Below are positions 25,326 to 34,392 of a DNA stretch of 64,000 nucleotides, piece after piece. The notes below the pieces were generated by a model. That model was not told the DNA's origin and ran no database searches. It was given only the letters and a program-made list of their open reading frames with translations. Origin of the DNA: an uncultured delta proteobacterium (GTDB lineage Bacteria > Myxococcota_A > Polyangia > Polyangiales > JAFGIB01); the NCBI GenBank assembly GCA_963778655.1, contig CAVZVA010000001.1, forward strand, positions 25,016 to 89,015, written 5' to 3'. The position numbers were made by a program, and so were the translations under genes. How positions within the stretch are numbered: position 1 is the stretch's first letter; each line of letters starts with the position of its first letter.

Positions 25326-26000
25326 TTACACAGCGGCATCGAGCGGCGGCACTTCGTCGTCGTCGCCGAGCAGGTCCTCGTCGGGCCCTTCGCCGGGCGG
25401 CGGCGGAACGCTGCCGGTGGTTCCCACCATTCGCGCCACCAGCTCGACCCGCGAATGCACGCCCAGCTTGGAGTAGATGCGCTTGAGGTAGGTGTGGACC
25501 GTGGCCACGGTCAGGCCGGTCTGCTCGGCGATCTGGCGCGTGGACGCCCCCGAGACCAGCAGCGCGACCACCTCCTTTTCGCGCTTGGTCAGCGGCGTAC
25601 GGTCCAGGCGCGACTGCACCTCGTGCGCCTTGCGCCGCCCCTCCAGGGCCGGCCGGTTCATGCGCGTCGCGTAGCTCAGGCCGCGGGCCAGCGCCCGCGC
25701 ACCCCAGCGGGCGAGCCGCAGGTCCTGACCTTCGAGCTTCTCCGCGCCCTCGGCCAGGAACAGGTGGATAGTACCGAGCACCTGGCGGCCGTGACGCAAG
25801 GGCAGCGAGACCGCGCGGCCGTTCATAGGCGGCGGGGGCGTGCTGTCGAGCTTACGCTTGTCGCCCTGTTCCAGCTCCACGCGATAAGAGGTCGCATTGG
25901 CCAGGCCTGCGACGAGCTTTGCCGCGCGAGTCGGATAGGTGCGGACGGGATCCAGGTGATTGAGACCCTCAGCGATCTGTAGAAACTCTGACGGGACCAC
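25326..26000 (-). CDS. LuxR-family HTH transcriptional regulator
   Basis: LTKREKEVVALLVSGASTRQIAEQTGLTVATVHTYLKRIYSKLGVHSRVEL; start uncertain (26000-26051). Confidence 0.88.
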   Translation of the reverse strand: MVPSEFLQIAEGLNHLDPVRTYPTRAAKLVAGLANATSYRVELEQGDKRKLDSTPPPPMNGRAVSLPLRHGRQVLGTIHLFLAEGAEKLEGQDLRLARWGARALARGLSYATRMNRPALEGRRKAHEVQSRLDRTPLTKREKEVVALLVSGASTRQIAEQTGLTVATVHTYLKRIYSKLGVHSRVELVARMVGTTGSVPPPPGEGPDEDLLGDDDEVPPLDAAV

Positions 26001-26331
26001 GACTCCACCCTTCCATGCTTGGGAACCCGAGATACCAATCTTTGGTGTCACTCACGGGCTCCAGGTCCTTAAGTCATGCGCAGAAAGCGTACACCGCCGC
26101 CTTGTAGCCTGGATGGTAATCGTAGGTATGTCAACCACCCCCACCGCCCTGCCTGAATGTGTACCGCAAAACGCACTACCCGTAAGGCTCAAAAACCCGT
26201 TCAATTACGTCAACTCTGGCCCGCATTGTTAGGGGTATTTCCCGTCTCCATTCAGGGGCGTTGCGGGGTCGCAGACAGCAAGCTAAGCACCACACGCGGT
26301 CACCCGACCGCCAGCCTGACGAGGTAAATGT

Positions 26332-27273
26332 ATGCATTCGCTCATCATTATCGGCTCGGGTCCGGCCGGGCACACGGCGGCCATCTATGCGGGCCGCGCC
26401 AATCTGAAGCCGGTATGCATCGAGGGCGTGGTCAAAGGAGGGGTCGCAGGCGGCCAGCTCATGATCACCTCCGATGTGGAGAACTACCCGGGATTCGCCG
26501 AGTCGATCACAGGTCCCGAGCTGATGGAACGCTTCAAGCAGCAGGCCGCGCGCTTCAACACCGAGCAGATCAGCGCCGATGTCGAGCGCGTGGATTTCTC
26601 GAGCTATCCCTTCAAGCTCTGGACCGACGAGCGTGAATTCGAAGCCAAGACCGTGATCATCGCCACCGGCGCGAGCGCGCGCTGGCTCGGGCTGGAGAGC
26701 GAGCAGGCGCTGCAGAACCGCGGTGTGAGCGCGTGCGCCACCTGCGACGGCTATTTCTTCCGCGGGATGGACGTGGCGGTGGTCGGCGGCGGTGACACGG
26801 CGATGGAGGAAGCGCTGTACCTCGCCGGGCTGTGCGCCAACGTGACCGTGATCCACCGCCGCGGGGAGCTGCGCGCCTCGAAGATCATGGCCAAGCGCGC
26901 GCTCGAGCATCCGAAGATCCGCTTCGAGTGGAACAGCGCGGTGGCGGACGTCAAGGACGTGTCCAAGGGTGAGGTCACCGGCCTAGTGCTGCAGGACCTG
27001 CGCACGGGCAAGCAGCGCGAGATCGCGGTCAAGGGGCTGTTCATCGCCATCGGCCACACGCCCAACACCCAGATCTTCCAGGGCCAGCTCGACCTGGACG
27101 AGAACGGCTACATCCGCACCCAGCCCGGCACCACGCGCACCAGCGTCGAAGGCGTGTTCGCGGCCGGCGACGTGCAGGACCACATCTACCGTCAGGCGGT
27201 GACCGCGGCCGGCACCGGCTGCATGGCGGCGATCGAGGCCGAGCGCTGGCTGGCGGCCCGCGAAGCCTCCTGA
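26332..27273 (+). CDS. trxB: Thioredoxin-disulfide reductase
   Basis: IIGSGPAG.TAAIY, GGQL..T..VENYPG, SACATCDG, VGGGDTAMEEA, GVFAAGDV, RQAVTAAGTGC; RBS GAGG. Confidence 0.98.
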   Translation: MHSLIIIGSGPAGHTAAIYAGRANLKPVCIEGVVKGGVAGGQLMITSDVENYPGFAESITGPELMERFKQQAARFNTEQISADVERVDFSSYPFKLWTDEREFEAKTVIIATGASARWLGLESEQALQNRGVSACATCDGYFFRGMDVAVVGGGDTAMEEALYLAGLCANVTVIHRRGELRASKIMAKRALEHPKIRFEWNSAVADVKDVSKGEVTGLVLQDLRTGKQREIAVKGLFIAIGHTPNTQIFQGQLDLDENGYIRTQPGTTRTSVEGVFAAGDVQDHIYRQAVTAAGTGCMAAIEAERWLAAREAS

Positions 27274-27342
27274 GCGGTCGCGCACCTGCGCCAAAGCGGC
27301 GCGCGCCAGGCCGGCGGTGGTAGACTGGCGGCCGGGTCGCCC

Positions 27343-27807
27343 ATGGCCGACGTCCATCAAGCGCTCGCGAACATGAACCTGTTCCACGGCCTGTCCGCGG
27401 ACGGGCTCGAGCGCATCGCGGCGATCGCCGGCGAGGAATCGCACGAGGCCGGCAGCTTCGTGTTCCACGAGGGCGAGATGGGAGACAAGCTGTACCTGAT
27501 TCTCGAGGGCAAGGTGCGCATCTCGCGCGATCTGCCGGGCATGGGCGAGGAGGCACTGGCGGTAATGGGGCCGGGCGAGTCCTTCGGCGAGATGTCGCTG
27601 ATCGACGACATCCCGCGCAGCGCCGACGCGCGCGTGCACGAGCGGGCGCGTCTGCTGGTGGTGACGCGGGAAGCGTTCGAGGACCTGCTGTTCGTGCACA
27701 AGGATCTGGCCTATGAGATCCTGTGGAACTTCGTGAAGACGCTGTCGGGCCGGCTGCGCGACGCCAACGACAAGATGGCGTTCATGACCGTGACCGCGCG
27801 CTTCTGA
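27343..27807 (+). CDS. Stand-alone cyclic nucleotide-binding domain protein
   Basis: VFHEGEMGDKLYLILEGKV, GESFGEMSLIDDIPRSADA; extended -10-like TGGTAGACT at 27318-27326. Confidence 0.9.
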   Translation: MADVHQALANMNLFHGLSADGLERIAAIAGEESHEAGSFVFHEGEMGDKLYLILEGKVRISRDLPGMGEEALAVMGPGESFGEMSLIDDIPRSADARVHERARLLVVTREAFEDLLFVHKDLAYEILWNFVKTLSGRLRDANDKMAFMTVTARF

Positions 27808-27832
27808 ATCTGAGCCGCGGCAGCGCAGCGCT

Positions 27833-28753
27833 TCAGGCGATGCGCTCGAGCGCGCTTGGCTCGCGCGGAATGCGCCCCAGCTCGTAGCGGCCTACCAGGT
27901 CGCCCGGGCGCAGGTGCTCGCCCTCCGCGGCCAGGCCGACGCTGCGCGCCAGTGCGCCGATCACGCGTTCGGGCGCTACCCCGGCTGCGCGGTAGTCGGC
28001 GATCGCGGGCGCGCGGTGGCGCTTGGCCAGGCGCTTGCCGTCGGCGCCCAGCACCAGCGGCACGTGTGCGAAGCGCGGCGGGGTCGCGCCGAGCGCGCGA
28101 TAGATCGCGATCTGGCGCGGCGTCGAGCTGAGCAGATCAGCGCCCCGCACCACCTCGGTTATACCCATGGCGAGGTCGTCGACCACCACCGCCAGCTGAT
28201 AGGCGTATAGGCCGTCGGAGCGATGCACGATGAAGTCGTCGCCCTCGGAGGCGGGCTGCGCGCCGTGGACCGCGTCGACGAAGCCCTCGCCCACGTCCAG
28301 CCGAAAGCGCCACGACGCCGCACGCCGCGGCGAGCGCGGGCCGTGCCGGCAAGTGCCCGGATAGCGCGGCCCGAGCTCGCCGTGAGGTGCGCTCGAGGCG
28401 GCCACGAGCTCGGCGCGGGTGCAGGTGCAACGGAACAGATGCCCCGCCTGCCGCAGCCGCGCGAGCGCCGCGTCGTAGCGCGAGCTGCGCTGCGACTGGC
28501 GATAAGGTCCCAACGGCCCGCCCACGTCCGGACCCTCGTCCCAATCGAGGCCCAGCCAGCGCAGGTCTTCCACGATCGCCTGCTCGGCGCCCTCGACCAC
28601 GCGCGGCCCGTCGATGTCCTCGATCCGCAGCACCAGCGCGCCCCCCGCGGCGCGCGCCGCCAGCCAGGCCAGCAGCGAGGTGCGTGCGGTTCCCAGATGC
28701 AGCCTGCCGGTGGGCGAAGGCGCGATCCGCCCTCGGTAGGCGGTGACGGCCAT
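27833..28753 (-). CDS. gluQ: tRNA glutamyl-Q(34) synthetase GluQRS
   Basis: RIAPSPTGRLHLG, LRIEDID.PR, CTCTR, YPGTC, YQLAVVVDD, VVRGADL, KRLAKR; no anticodon-binding domain. Confidence 0.93.
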   Translation of the reverse strand: MAVTAYRGRIAPSPTGRLHLGTARTSLLAWLAARAAGGALVLRIEDIDGPRVVEGAEQAIVEDLRWLGLDWDEGPDVGGPLGPYRQSQRSSRYDAALARLRQAGHLFRCTCTRAELVAASSAPHGELGPRYPGTCRHGPRSPRRAASWRFRLDVGEGFVDAVHGAQPASEGDDFIVHRSDGLYAYQLAVVVDDLAMGITEVVRGADLLSSTPRQIAIYRALGATPPRFAHVPLVLGADGKRLAKRHRAPAIADYRAAGVAPERVIGALARSVGLAAEGEHLRPGDLVGRYELGRIPREPSALERIA

Positions 28754-28859
28754 GCCGCCATTGTCGCACCCCCGAAACACGCGCGCACGCGCCGCGATCG
28801 CATCGCGCGCGCCGCCCGCGCCTTGCCAAGGCAGGCCCGGCCGTGATCTGCTGGGCCCG

Positions 28860-29618
28860 ATGCGCGCCTCCCTCGACGACGTCTGCGGCTGCTTTCCGAC
28901 CGGCCGCCACTACGCCGGCATCGCCGATCTGATCGCGCGCACGGTGGTCGACGTGGCCGGCCTGAGCAAGCGCTTCGAGGCGGGCGCGGCCTGGGCCGAG
29001 CAGAAGCTCGCTGTCATCGACTTCGAGACCACGGGTCTATCCCCCGAGCAGGACCGCGTGATCGAGATCGGCGTCGCCTGCTTCGAGCGCGGGGAGCTGC
29101 GCTCGCTGCAGAATTGGCTGTGTAATCCGGGCATACCGGTGCCCGAGCAGGCGCGCGCGATCCACAACATCAGCGACGAGGAGCTGCGTGACGCACCGGC
29201 GTTCGGGGCGGTGCTGCCGGAGCTGCAGGCGCTGATCGAGGACTACCTCCCGGTGGCCTACAACGCGCAGTTCGACCGCGCCTTCCTGCACGCAGAGCTG
29301 GCGCGCGCCGGCGGCGGCGCGCAGCCCGAGAGCGCGCCGGCCGCCTTCCTCGCGGAGGTGGTGTGGGTTGACCCGCTTGTCTGGGTGCGCGAGCTGCACA
29401 AGGAGGAGCGCGGCCACCGCCTGGGCGAGGCCTGCGCGCGGCTCGGCATTCCGCTCGAGAACGCGCACCGCGCTGCCTCCGACGCGGAGGCCACCGGTCG
29501 CGTGCTGCTGGCGCTGGCCCCGCGCATGCCCGCGACCTACGGCGAGCTGGTGCGCCTGCAGAGCCAGTACGCGGCGCGGCAGGACATCGACATCGCGATC
29601 AACTGGCGCCGCCGCTAG
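28860..29618 (+). CDS. DEDDh 3'-5' exonuclease (DnaQ/epsilon-like)
   Basis: VIDFETTG, DRVIEIG, AYNAQFD, HRAASDA. Confidence 0.9.
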   Translation: MRASLDDVCGCFPTGRHYAGIADLIARTVVDVAGLSKRFEAGAAWAEQKLAVIDFETTGLSPEQDRVIEIGVACFERGELRSLQNWLCNPGIPVPEQARAIHNISDEELRDAPAFGAVLPELQALIEDYLPVAYNAQFDRAFLHAELARAGGGAQPESAPAAFLAEVVWVDPLVWVRELHKEERGHRLGEACARLGIPLENAHRAASDAEATGRVLLALAPRMPATYGELVRLQSQYAARQDIDIAINWRRR

Positions 29619-30385
29619 AACGCGTCCTTGGCTTTGCGCAATGCGCCAAAGACGGCCGGCGGCGAGGCGTCTTCGGCGCCGCGCGCGCGGGCGGCGTCGA
29701 TCACCGCGGGCACGTCCCAGCGAAGAAACGGGTTGGTGGCCAGCTCGTCCAGCAGCAGCCCCGGTACGGTGGGCGCGCCCTGGTCGCGTTGTGCGACGGC
29801 CGCGCTGCGGCGCTCCGCGATCGCAGCCGAGCCCGGCTCGATCGCGTCGGCGAAGCGCAGGTTGCTCAGCGTGTACTCGTGGCCGCAGTAGATGTGGGTG
29901 GCGGGCGGCAGCGCGCGCAGCTTGGCGAGCGAGGCCTGCATCATCGCCATGCTGCCCTCGAACACGCGCCCGCAGCCGCCCAGGAACAGGGTGTCGCCGC
30001 TGAACAGGCAGCCGTCCAGCACGTAGGCGATCGCGCCCAAGGTGTGGCCGGGGATCTCGAGCAGCGTGGCCTCGTGGCCGTCGAAGCACAGCACGTCGCC
30101 CTCGCGCAGGCCGCGGCTCTGGCGCGGGATGCGCCCGTGCTCGAGATCGTAGCCGCTGCCCAGCACCGGCAGCTCCCCGCGCTTTGCACACAGCTCCTCG
30201 ACTCCACCCACATGGTCCCAGTGATGATGGGTGAGCCAGATCGCCTCGAGCTCGGCGCCTTCGCGCGCGAGCGCCGCCTCCACCGGGGCGGCCTCCGAGG
30301 GATCCACGACCGCCGCCCGCCCCTGCCGGTCGAGCAGCAGGTAGGCGTAGTTGTCCTTGAGGCAGGCCACGGGGCAAACGCGCAT
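29615..30385 (-). CDS. gloB: Hydroxyacylglutathione hydrolase (glyoxalase II)
   Basis: DNYAYL, THHHWDHVGG, PGHTLG, FSGDTLF..GCGR.FEG, CGHEYT.SNL.FA, TNPFLR. Confidence 0.95.
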   Translation of the reverse strand: MRVCPVACLKDNYAYLLLDRQGRAAVVDPSEAAPVEAALAREGAELEAIWLTHHHWDHVGGVEELCAKRGELPVLGSGYDLEHGRIPRQSRGLREGDVLCFDGHEATLLEIPGHTLGAIAYVLDGCLFSGDTLFLGGCGRVFEGSMAMMQASLAKLRALPPATHIYCGHEYTLSNLRFADAIEPGSAAIAERRSAAVAQRDQGAPTVPGLLLDELATNPFLRWDVPAVIDAARARGAEDASPPAVFGALRKAKDAF

Positions 30386-30625
30386 GGGCCGAGCATGCAC
30401 CAGCTTGGGCGGAGGGTCACGCCGTCTCGACGGCGGTCTTGCGAGCGAGGGGGGGTCGGGGCGATCCGCCACGCTGTCGCTGCGCTGCAAAGAAGCGCGG
30501 CGCTGGCCGCGGCGCGGGGCCGGGGAGCTATCGGGAGCGACGGCATTGTCCAGAGTTTCGCGCTCGAGGGTCAGTCGGGTACTATTCCGCTACTGTTCCG
30601 CTCTGGGGTGCGCGAAGGAGGCAAC

Positions 30626-31852
30626 ATGCTCGCCCGGCTCGTCGTCATCGGCTCGCTGCTCGCAGTTGCATCACCGGCTTTCGCCAGCACCACCGTGGTG
30701 GTGCTCGGCCTGCGCTCGATCGAAGGCGACGACGATGTGGCCAACGACCTGACCGAGCAGCTGCGCAGCGCAGCGCGCGCGATCGACGGCTGGACGGTGT
30801 CCAACGCCGCGGTCTCGATGGCCCAGATGAGCCTGGCCCACGGCTGCGACGAGCTCGACGCCGCGTGCCTGAGCGAGATCGCCAAGGGCCTGCGCGCGGA
30901 CAAGCTGATCTACGGCACGATTCGGCGCACCAGCGCGCGCGACGACTACGACTTCGCGCTGAGCTTGAGCCTGTTCGACGCGGCCAGCGGCGCGATCGTG
31001 CGCCAGGTCGACGACACCATCCCGCGCAACCAAACCGAGTTCCAGGCCCTGGCCGCGCGCGCCGACAAGCTGCTGAACCGGCTCACGGCGACGACCATCG
31101 GCGGCTCGATCGAGATCCAGGCCAACGTCCCGGACGCAGAGGTGATGGTCAACGGCCAGCAGGTCGGCACGACCCGCGAGGGCGCGCTGCGCCTGGAGGG
31201 CCTGCAGCCCGGCAGCTACCGCATCGAGATCCACAAGGACGGCTACACCCCCCACGTGAGCACGGTCTCGGTCAGTGAAGGCGCGCAGACCTCGATCACG
31301 GCGGTGCTCTCGACCATCGGCGCGACCGAGCAGCTGCAGCCGCCGGCCACGGTGGAGCACCACGGCCATCACCTGGCGTGGCTGGGCTGGACGCTGATCG
31401 GGGTCGGCGCCGCGTCGCTGGTGGGCACCGGCGTGTCGGCCGCGATCGTGGACGGGGTCAACAGCAACTCGCTGTACAACAAGTACCGAGACGCGGTCGC
31501 ACGCGGCAACATGATGGCCGAGGCAGCGGGACAGAGCGATCAGGTCGTGAACGACGTGTGCAAGGCCGCCGACCGCGGCTACATCTACAGCCTCACGGCC
31601 GACGAGCTGAGCAGGGTGCAGAGTAAATGCCACACGGCCGCGACCTTCGAGGTGCTGCAGTGGGTGTTTCTGGGCACGGCGATCGCCTCCGGTGGCGTGG
31701 GTACCTATCTGGTGCTGACCGCCGACCACGGGCACGGCAAGAGCCGCGACCAGATGGATGCCGAGGCGGACGAGCCCGCACAGGCCAGGCTGTCGGTCGT
31801 ACCCTCGTTCGGGCCGCGCTCCGCCCAGGTGTCGGCGACGCTCACCTTCTAG
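30626..31852 (+). CDS. PEGA domain-containing exported protein
   Basis: RBS AAGGAGG, signal peptide, PEGA motif GSIEIQANVPDAEVMVNG...PGSYRIEIHKDGY, C-terminal hydrophobic segments and terminal F. Confidence 0.85.
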   Translation: MLARLVVIGSLLAVASPAFASTTVVVLGLRSIEGDDDVANDLTEQLRSAARAIDGWTVSNAAVSMAQMSLAHGCDELDAACLSEIAKGLRADKLIYGTIRRTSARDDYDFALSLSLFDAASGAIVRQVDDTIPRNQTEFQALAARADKLLNRLTATTIGGSIEIQANVPDAEVMVNGQQVGTTREGALRLEGLQPGSYRIEIHKDGYTPHVSTVSVSEGAQTSITAVLSTIGATEQLQPPATVEHHGHHLAWLGWTLIGVGAASLVGTGVSAAIVDGVNSNSLYNKYRDAVARGNMMAEAAGQSDQVVNDVCKAADRGYIYSLTADELSRVQSKCHTAATFEVLQWVFLGTAIASGGVGTYLVLTADHGHGKSRDQMDAEADEPAQARLSVVPSFGPRSAQVSATLTF

Positions 31853-32017
31853 CAGGCTGCGGAAGAGCTCCGAGGGAGCGGATTTCGAGTGAGGTGGGTC
31901 CGGATGCAAGGCGCGAGACCGATGGAATACTCGCTGTATTTCGAGGGCTCGCAACGCCGCAGCCGGGCCCAGATCGCTGGAAAGGCGCCTCGAGCGGGCT
32001 TTTCCGCAGCCTGCTAG
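31849..32017. mobile_element. MITE-like non-autonomous element (169-bp long hairpin, CTAG-bounded)
   Basis: Ends CTAGCAGGCTGCGGAAGAGC and GCTTTTCCGCAGCCTGCTAG (19/20 inverted match); nested inner stems GGGTCCGG/CCGGGCCC and GAATAC/GTATTT; no ORF. Confidence 0.7.
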
Positions 32018-32024
32018 GCAGCCG

Positions 32025-32609
32025 ATGCGCATCGTCGGCGGCTCGCTGCGGGGGAGGCGCCTGCCGGGGCGGCTGGCCGCCTCCACACGGCCGACCAGCG
32101 ATCGCGTGCGCGAGGCGGTCGGCTCGGCGCTGCAGGCCCGCGGCGTGCTGGAAGGCGCTTCGGTGCTCGATCTGTTCGCCGGCACCGGCGCGCTCGGGCT
32201 CGAGGCGTTGTCGCGCGGGGCGGCGTCCGTGGTCGCGGTCGAGCACCAGCGTCAGGCGGCGCGCTGCATCGCGGACAACGCGCGCGCGCTCGGCCTGCAG
32301 CAGCAGCTGCGCGTGCTGCAGCTGGATTTGCTGGGCCTGAGCGAGGCCAAGCTGGCCGCACAGCTACAACAGGCCGGCGGTGCGCCCTTCGGGCTGGTCT
32401 TCGCCGACCCACCCTATACGCTCGTCCAGGTCGCGGTGGAGCGCATCGCGGCGCTGGCCGGGGGCGACCTGCTCGCCCCGGGCGCGATCCTGGTGCTGGA
32501 GCACGCGCGCCGCCAGCCGCCGCAGCGGCCACCCGCCTTCACCGAGCTTGCGCATTACCAATATGGCGACACCGCGGTGGCGCTGTGGCAGGCCTGGGCG
32601 GCCGGCTGA
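32025..32609 (+). CDS. rsmD: 16S rRNA (guanine966-N2)-methyltransferase RsmD
   Basis: MRIVGG.LRGRRL, TRPTSDRVRE, LDLFAGTGALGLEALSRGA, FADPPY, YGDT. Confidence 0.95.
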   Translation: MRIVGGSLRGRRLPGRLAASTRPTSDRVREAVGSALQARGVLEGASVLDLFAGTGALGLEALSRGAASVVAVEHQRQAARCIADNARALGLQQQLRVLQLDLLGLSEAKLAAQLQQAGGAPFGLVFADPPYTLVQVAVERIAALAGGDLLAPGAILVLEHARRQPPQRPPAFTELAHYQYGDTAVALWQAWAAG

Positions 32610-32702
32610 TGACTCGGGGCGGCAGCCGCCGTGCGGCCCCTCCCGCGGCATGGGAAAGATCGCGCGCCGTCCGCAGACGTGATAGAGCAATCGCCAGAGA
32701 CG

Positions 32703-33203
32703 ATGTCGTCCGCGATCTACGCTGGAAGCTTCGACCCGATCACCAACGGGCACGTCAGCATCATCCGCAGCGGGCTGGTGGCCTTCGATCACATCATCGT
32801 CGCGGTGCTGACCAACGACAAGAAGCAGCCGCTGTTCAGCGTGGACGAGCGGATCGAGATGATCGCCGACGCGATCAAAGGCGACCCGCGGGTGGAGGTC
32901 GACCGCTTCGACGACGGCCTGCTGGTCGACTACGCGCGCGAGCGGGGCGTGCGGGTGGTGCTGCGCGGCCTGCGTGCGGTGGGTGACTTCGAGCACGAGC
33001 TACAGTTGGCCAACATGAACCGCCACCTCGATCCGAACATCGAGACGGTGTTCATCATGGCCAGCGACTACTTCTTCGTCAGCTCCAGCCTGATCAAGGA
33101 AGCCGCGTCGCTGGGCGGCGACCTCAGGGGCGTGGTGCCCGACTTCGTCGAGAAGAAGCTGCGCGCCAAGTTCGCGAAGGCGGGGCGCAAGGCCGGCGCG
33201 TAG
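32703..33203 (+). CDS. coaD: Pantetheine-phosphate adenylyltransferase
   Basis: AIYAGSFDPITNGH, K.PLFS..ER, RGLRAV.DFE.E, VSSSLIKE; canonical rsmD-coaD pair. Confidence 0.97.
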   Translation: MSSAIYAGSFDPITNGHVSIIRSGLVAFDHIIVAVLTNDKKQPLFSVDERIEMIADAIKGDPRVEVDRFDDGLLVDYARERGVRVVLRGLRAVGDFEHELQLANMNRHLDPNIETVFIMASDYFFVSSSLIKEAASLGGDLRGVVPDFVEKKLRAKFAKAGRKAGA

Positions 33204-34390
33204 ACGTAGCCCTCGGCGCGCAAACGGCGCAGCGCCGGCAGCGCGTCCAGGCTCACGCGTCCGGCGCGCAGCTCGTCGATGCTGGCCCGGCCGCTGCGCA
33301 ACCCGTCGTGCACGCGCAGCCAGCCCAGCAGGTAGCCGACGTCGCGCGCCACGCCGCCGCCGCGGTAAGCGCGCTCCGCCAGCACGATCGCCTCCGCCGG
33401 CGAGAACTGTTCCTCCCGATGAAGCCGGTTGGCGGCCTCGGCGAAGCGCGCCCCGCCGTGCATCATGTCCGCCACCAGCACGCGGGCCGCGAGCGTGCGC
33501 AGCCGCGCCCCGTCGAGCACGCCGGCGGCTTCCTCCATGTGGAGCGCGAGGCCTTCCTGGTCGACGAACGAGCCGGCCGTGCCCCACTGCAACAACTGCA
33601 GCGGCTGCGCCCGCGCATTGCTGGCGACCAGCAGGTGGCCGAGCACCTCGTGGACCGCCAGTCGGCGTGCCTCGTTGCGGCCGAAGCGGCGCGCGGCCAG
33701 GAACACGGTGCGCTCGCCGGTGGCCGCCCCGGCCGAGAGCCGCGGCTCGACCTGCACGCGCACCTGCAGCCCGGCAGCCGCCGACAGCCGTTGCACCAGC
33801 ACCGCGAGGCTCGAGTCGTCGCCGGACGCCGCTAGCTCGCGCGGCTCGCGCGTCGCCGGTACCCGATCGAGGATCATGCGCGCGCAGGCGGCCAGCGAGC
33901 GCGGCCCACGCGCGGTGGGCGCCTGCGTGGCGCCGGTGCCGTAGCGGCGCGCGCACAGCGGCCGCAGCAGGCGTGGCTTTCCCAGCGCATCGAGCATCAA
34001 CAGGTCGAGCTCCAGCTCCTCGAGCCTGTCGAGGTAGAGCTCGGCGCCGGGCAGCGCGGGTGCTTCGGCGCGCAGCGCATCGACCAGGTGGAATGCGGCC
34101 GCGGGCACGCGCCGCGCCGCCAGCTGCCACCGCGGCGCTGGGGCTCCGCCGGCCTCGAGCTCGGCGATCATGCGGGCGCGCTCCTCGGCCGCGTTGTCCG
34201 CGGTCAGCAAGGGCAGCATGCGCGTCGCCGTGCACAACGCGTGCATGCGCAGCTCGAAGCGGCGCACGCGCGCCAGCGGGGGCTGGGGTTGCGGCGCGCG
34301 CGGCTTCGGCGCGGGGCGCGCCTGGGCTGCGCGCGCGACGGTCGACCGCCGCACACGCCTGCCACCGCTCGCTCGAAAGCCCTGCGCCAC
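33068..34390 (-). CDS. DUF1704 / QEGLA-motif zinc metallopeptidase (tyrosine carboxypeptidase-like family)
   Basis: HEVLGH zinc motif, N..AQP, DQEGLA, RAYRGGG..RDVGYL; starts 2 bp after the PhoH stop. Confidence 0.8.
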   Translation of the reverse strand: MAQGFRASGGRRVRRSTVARAAQARPAPKPRAPQPQPPLARVRRFELRMHALCTATRMLPLLTADNAAEERARMIAELEAGGAPAPRWQLAARRVPAAAFHLVDALRAEAPALPGAELYLDRLEELELDLLMLDALGKPRLLRPLCARRYGTGATQAPTARGPRSLAACARMILDRVPATREPRELAASGDDSSLAVLVQRLSAAAGLQVRVQVEPRLSAGAATGERTVFLAARRFGRNEARRLAVHEVLGHLLVASNARAQPLQLLQWGTAGSFVDQEGLALHMEEAAGVLDGARLRTLAARVLVADMMHGGARFAEAANRLHREEQFSPAEAIVLAERAYRGGGVARDVGYLLGWLRVHDGLRSGRASIDELRAGRVSLDALPALRRLRAEGYVYAPALRPAFANLARSFFSTKSGTTPLRSPPSDAASLIRLELTKK

Positions 34391-34392
34391 CG

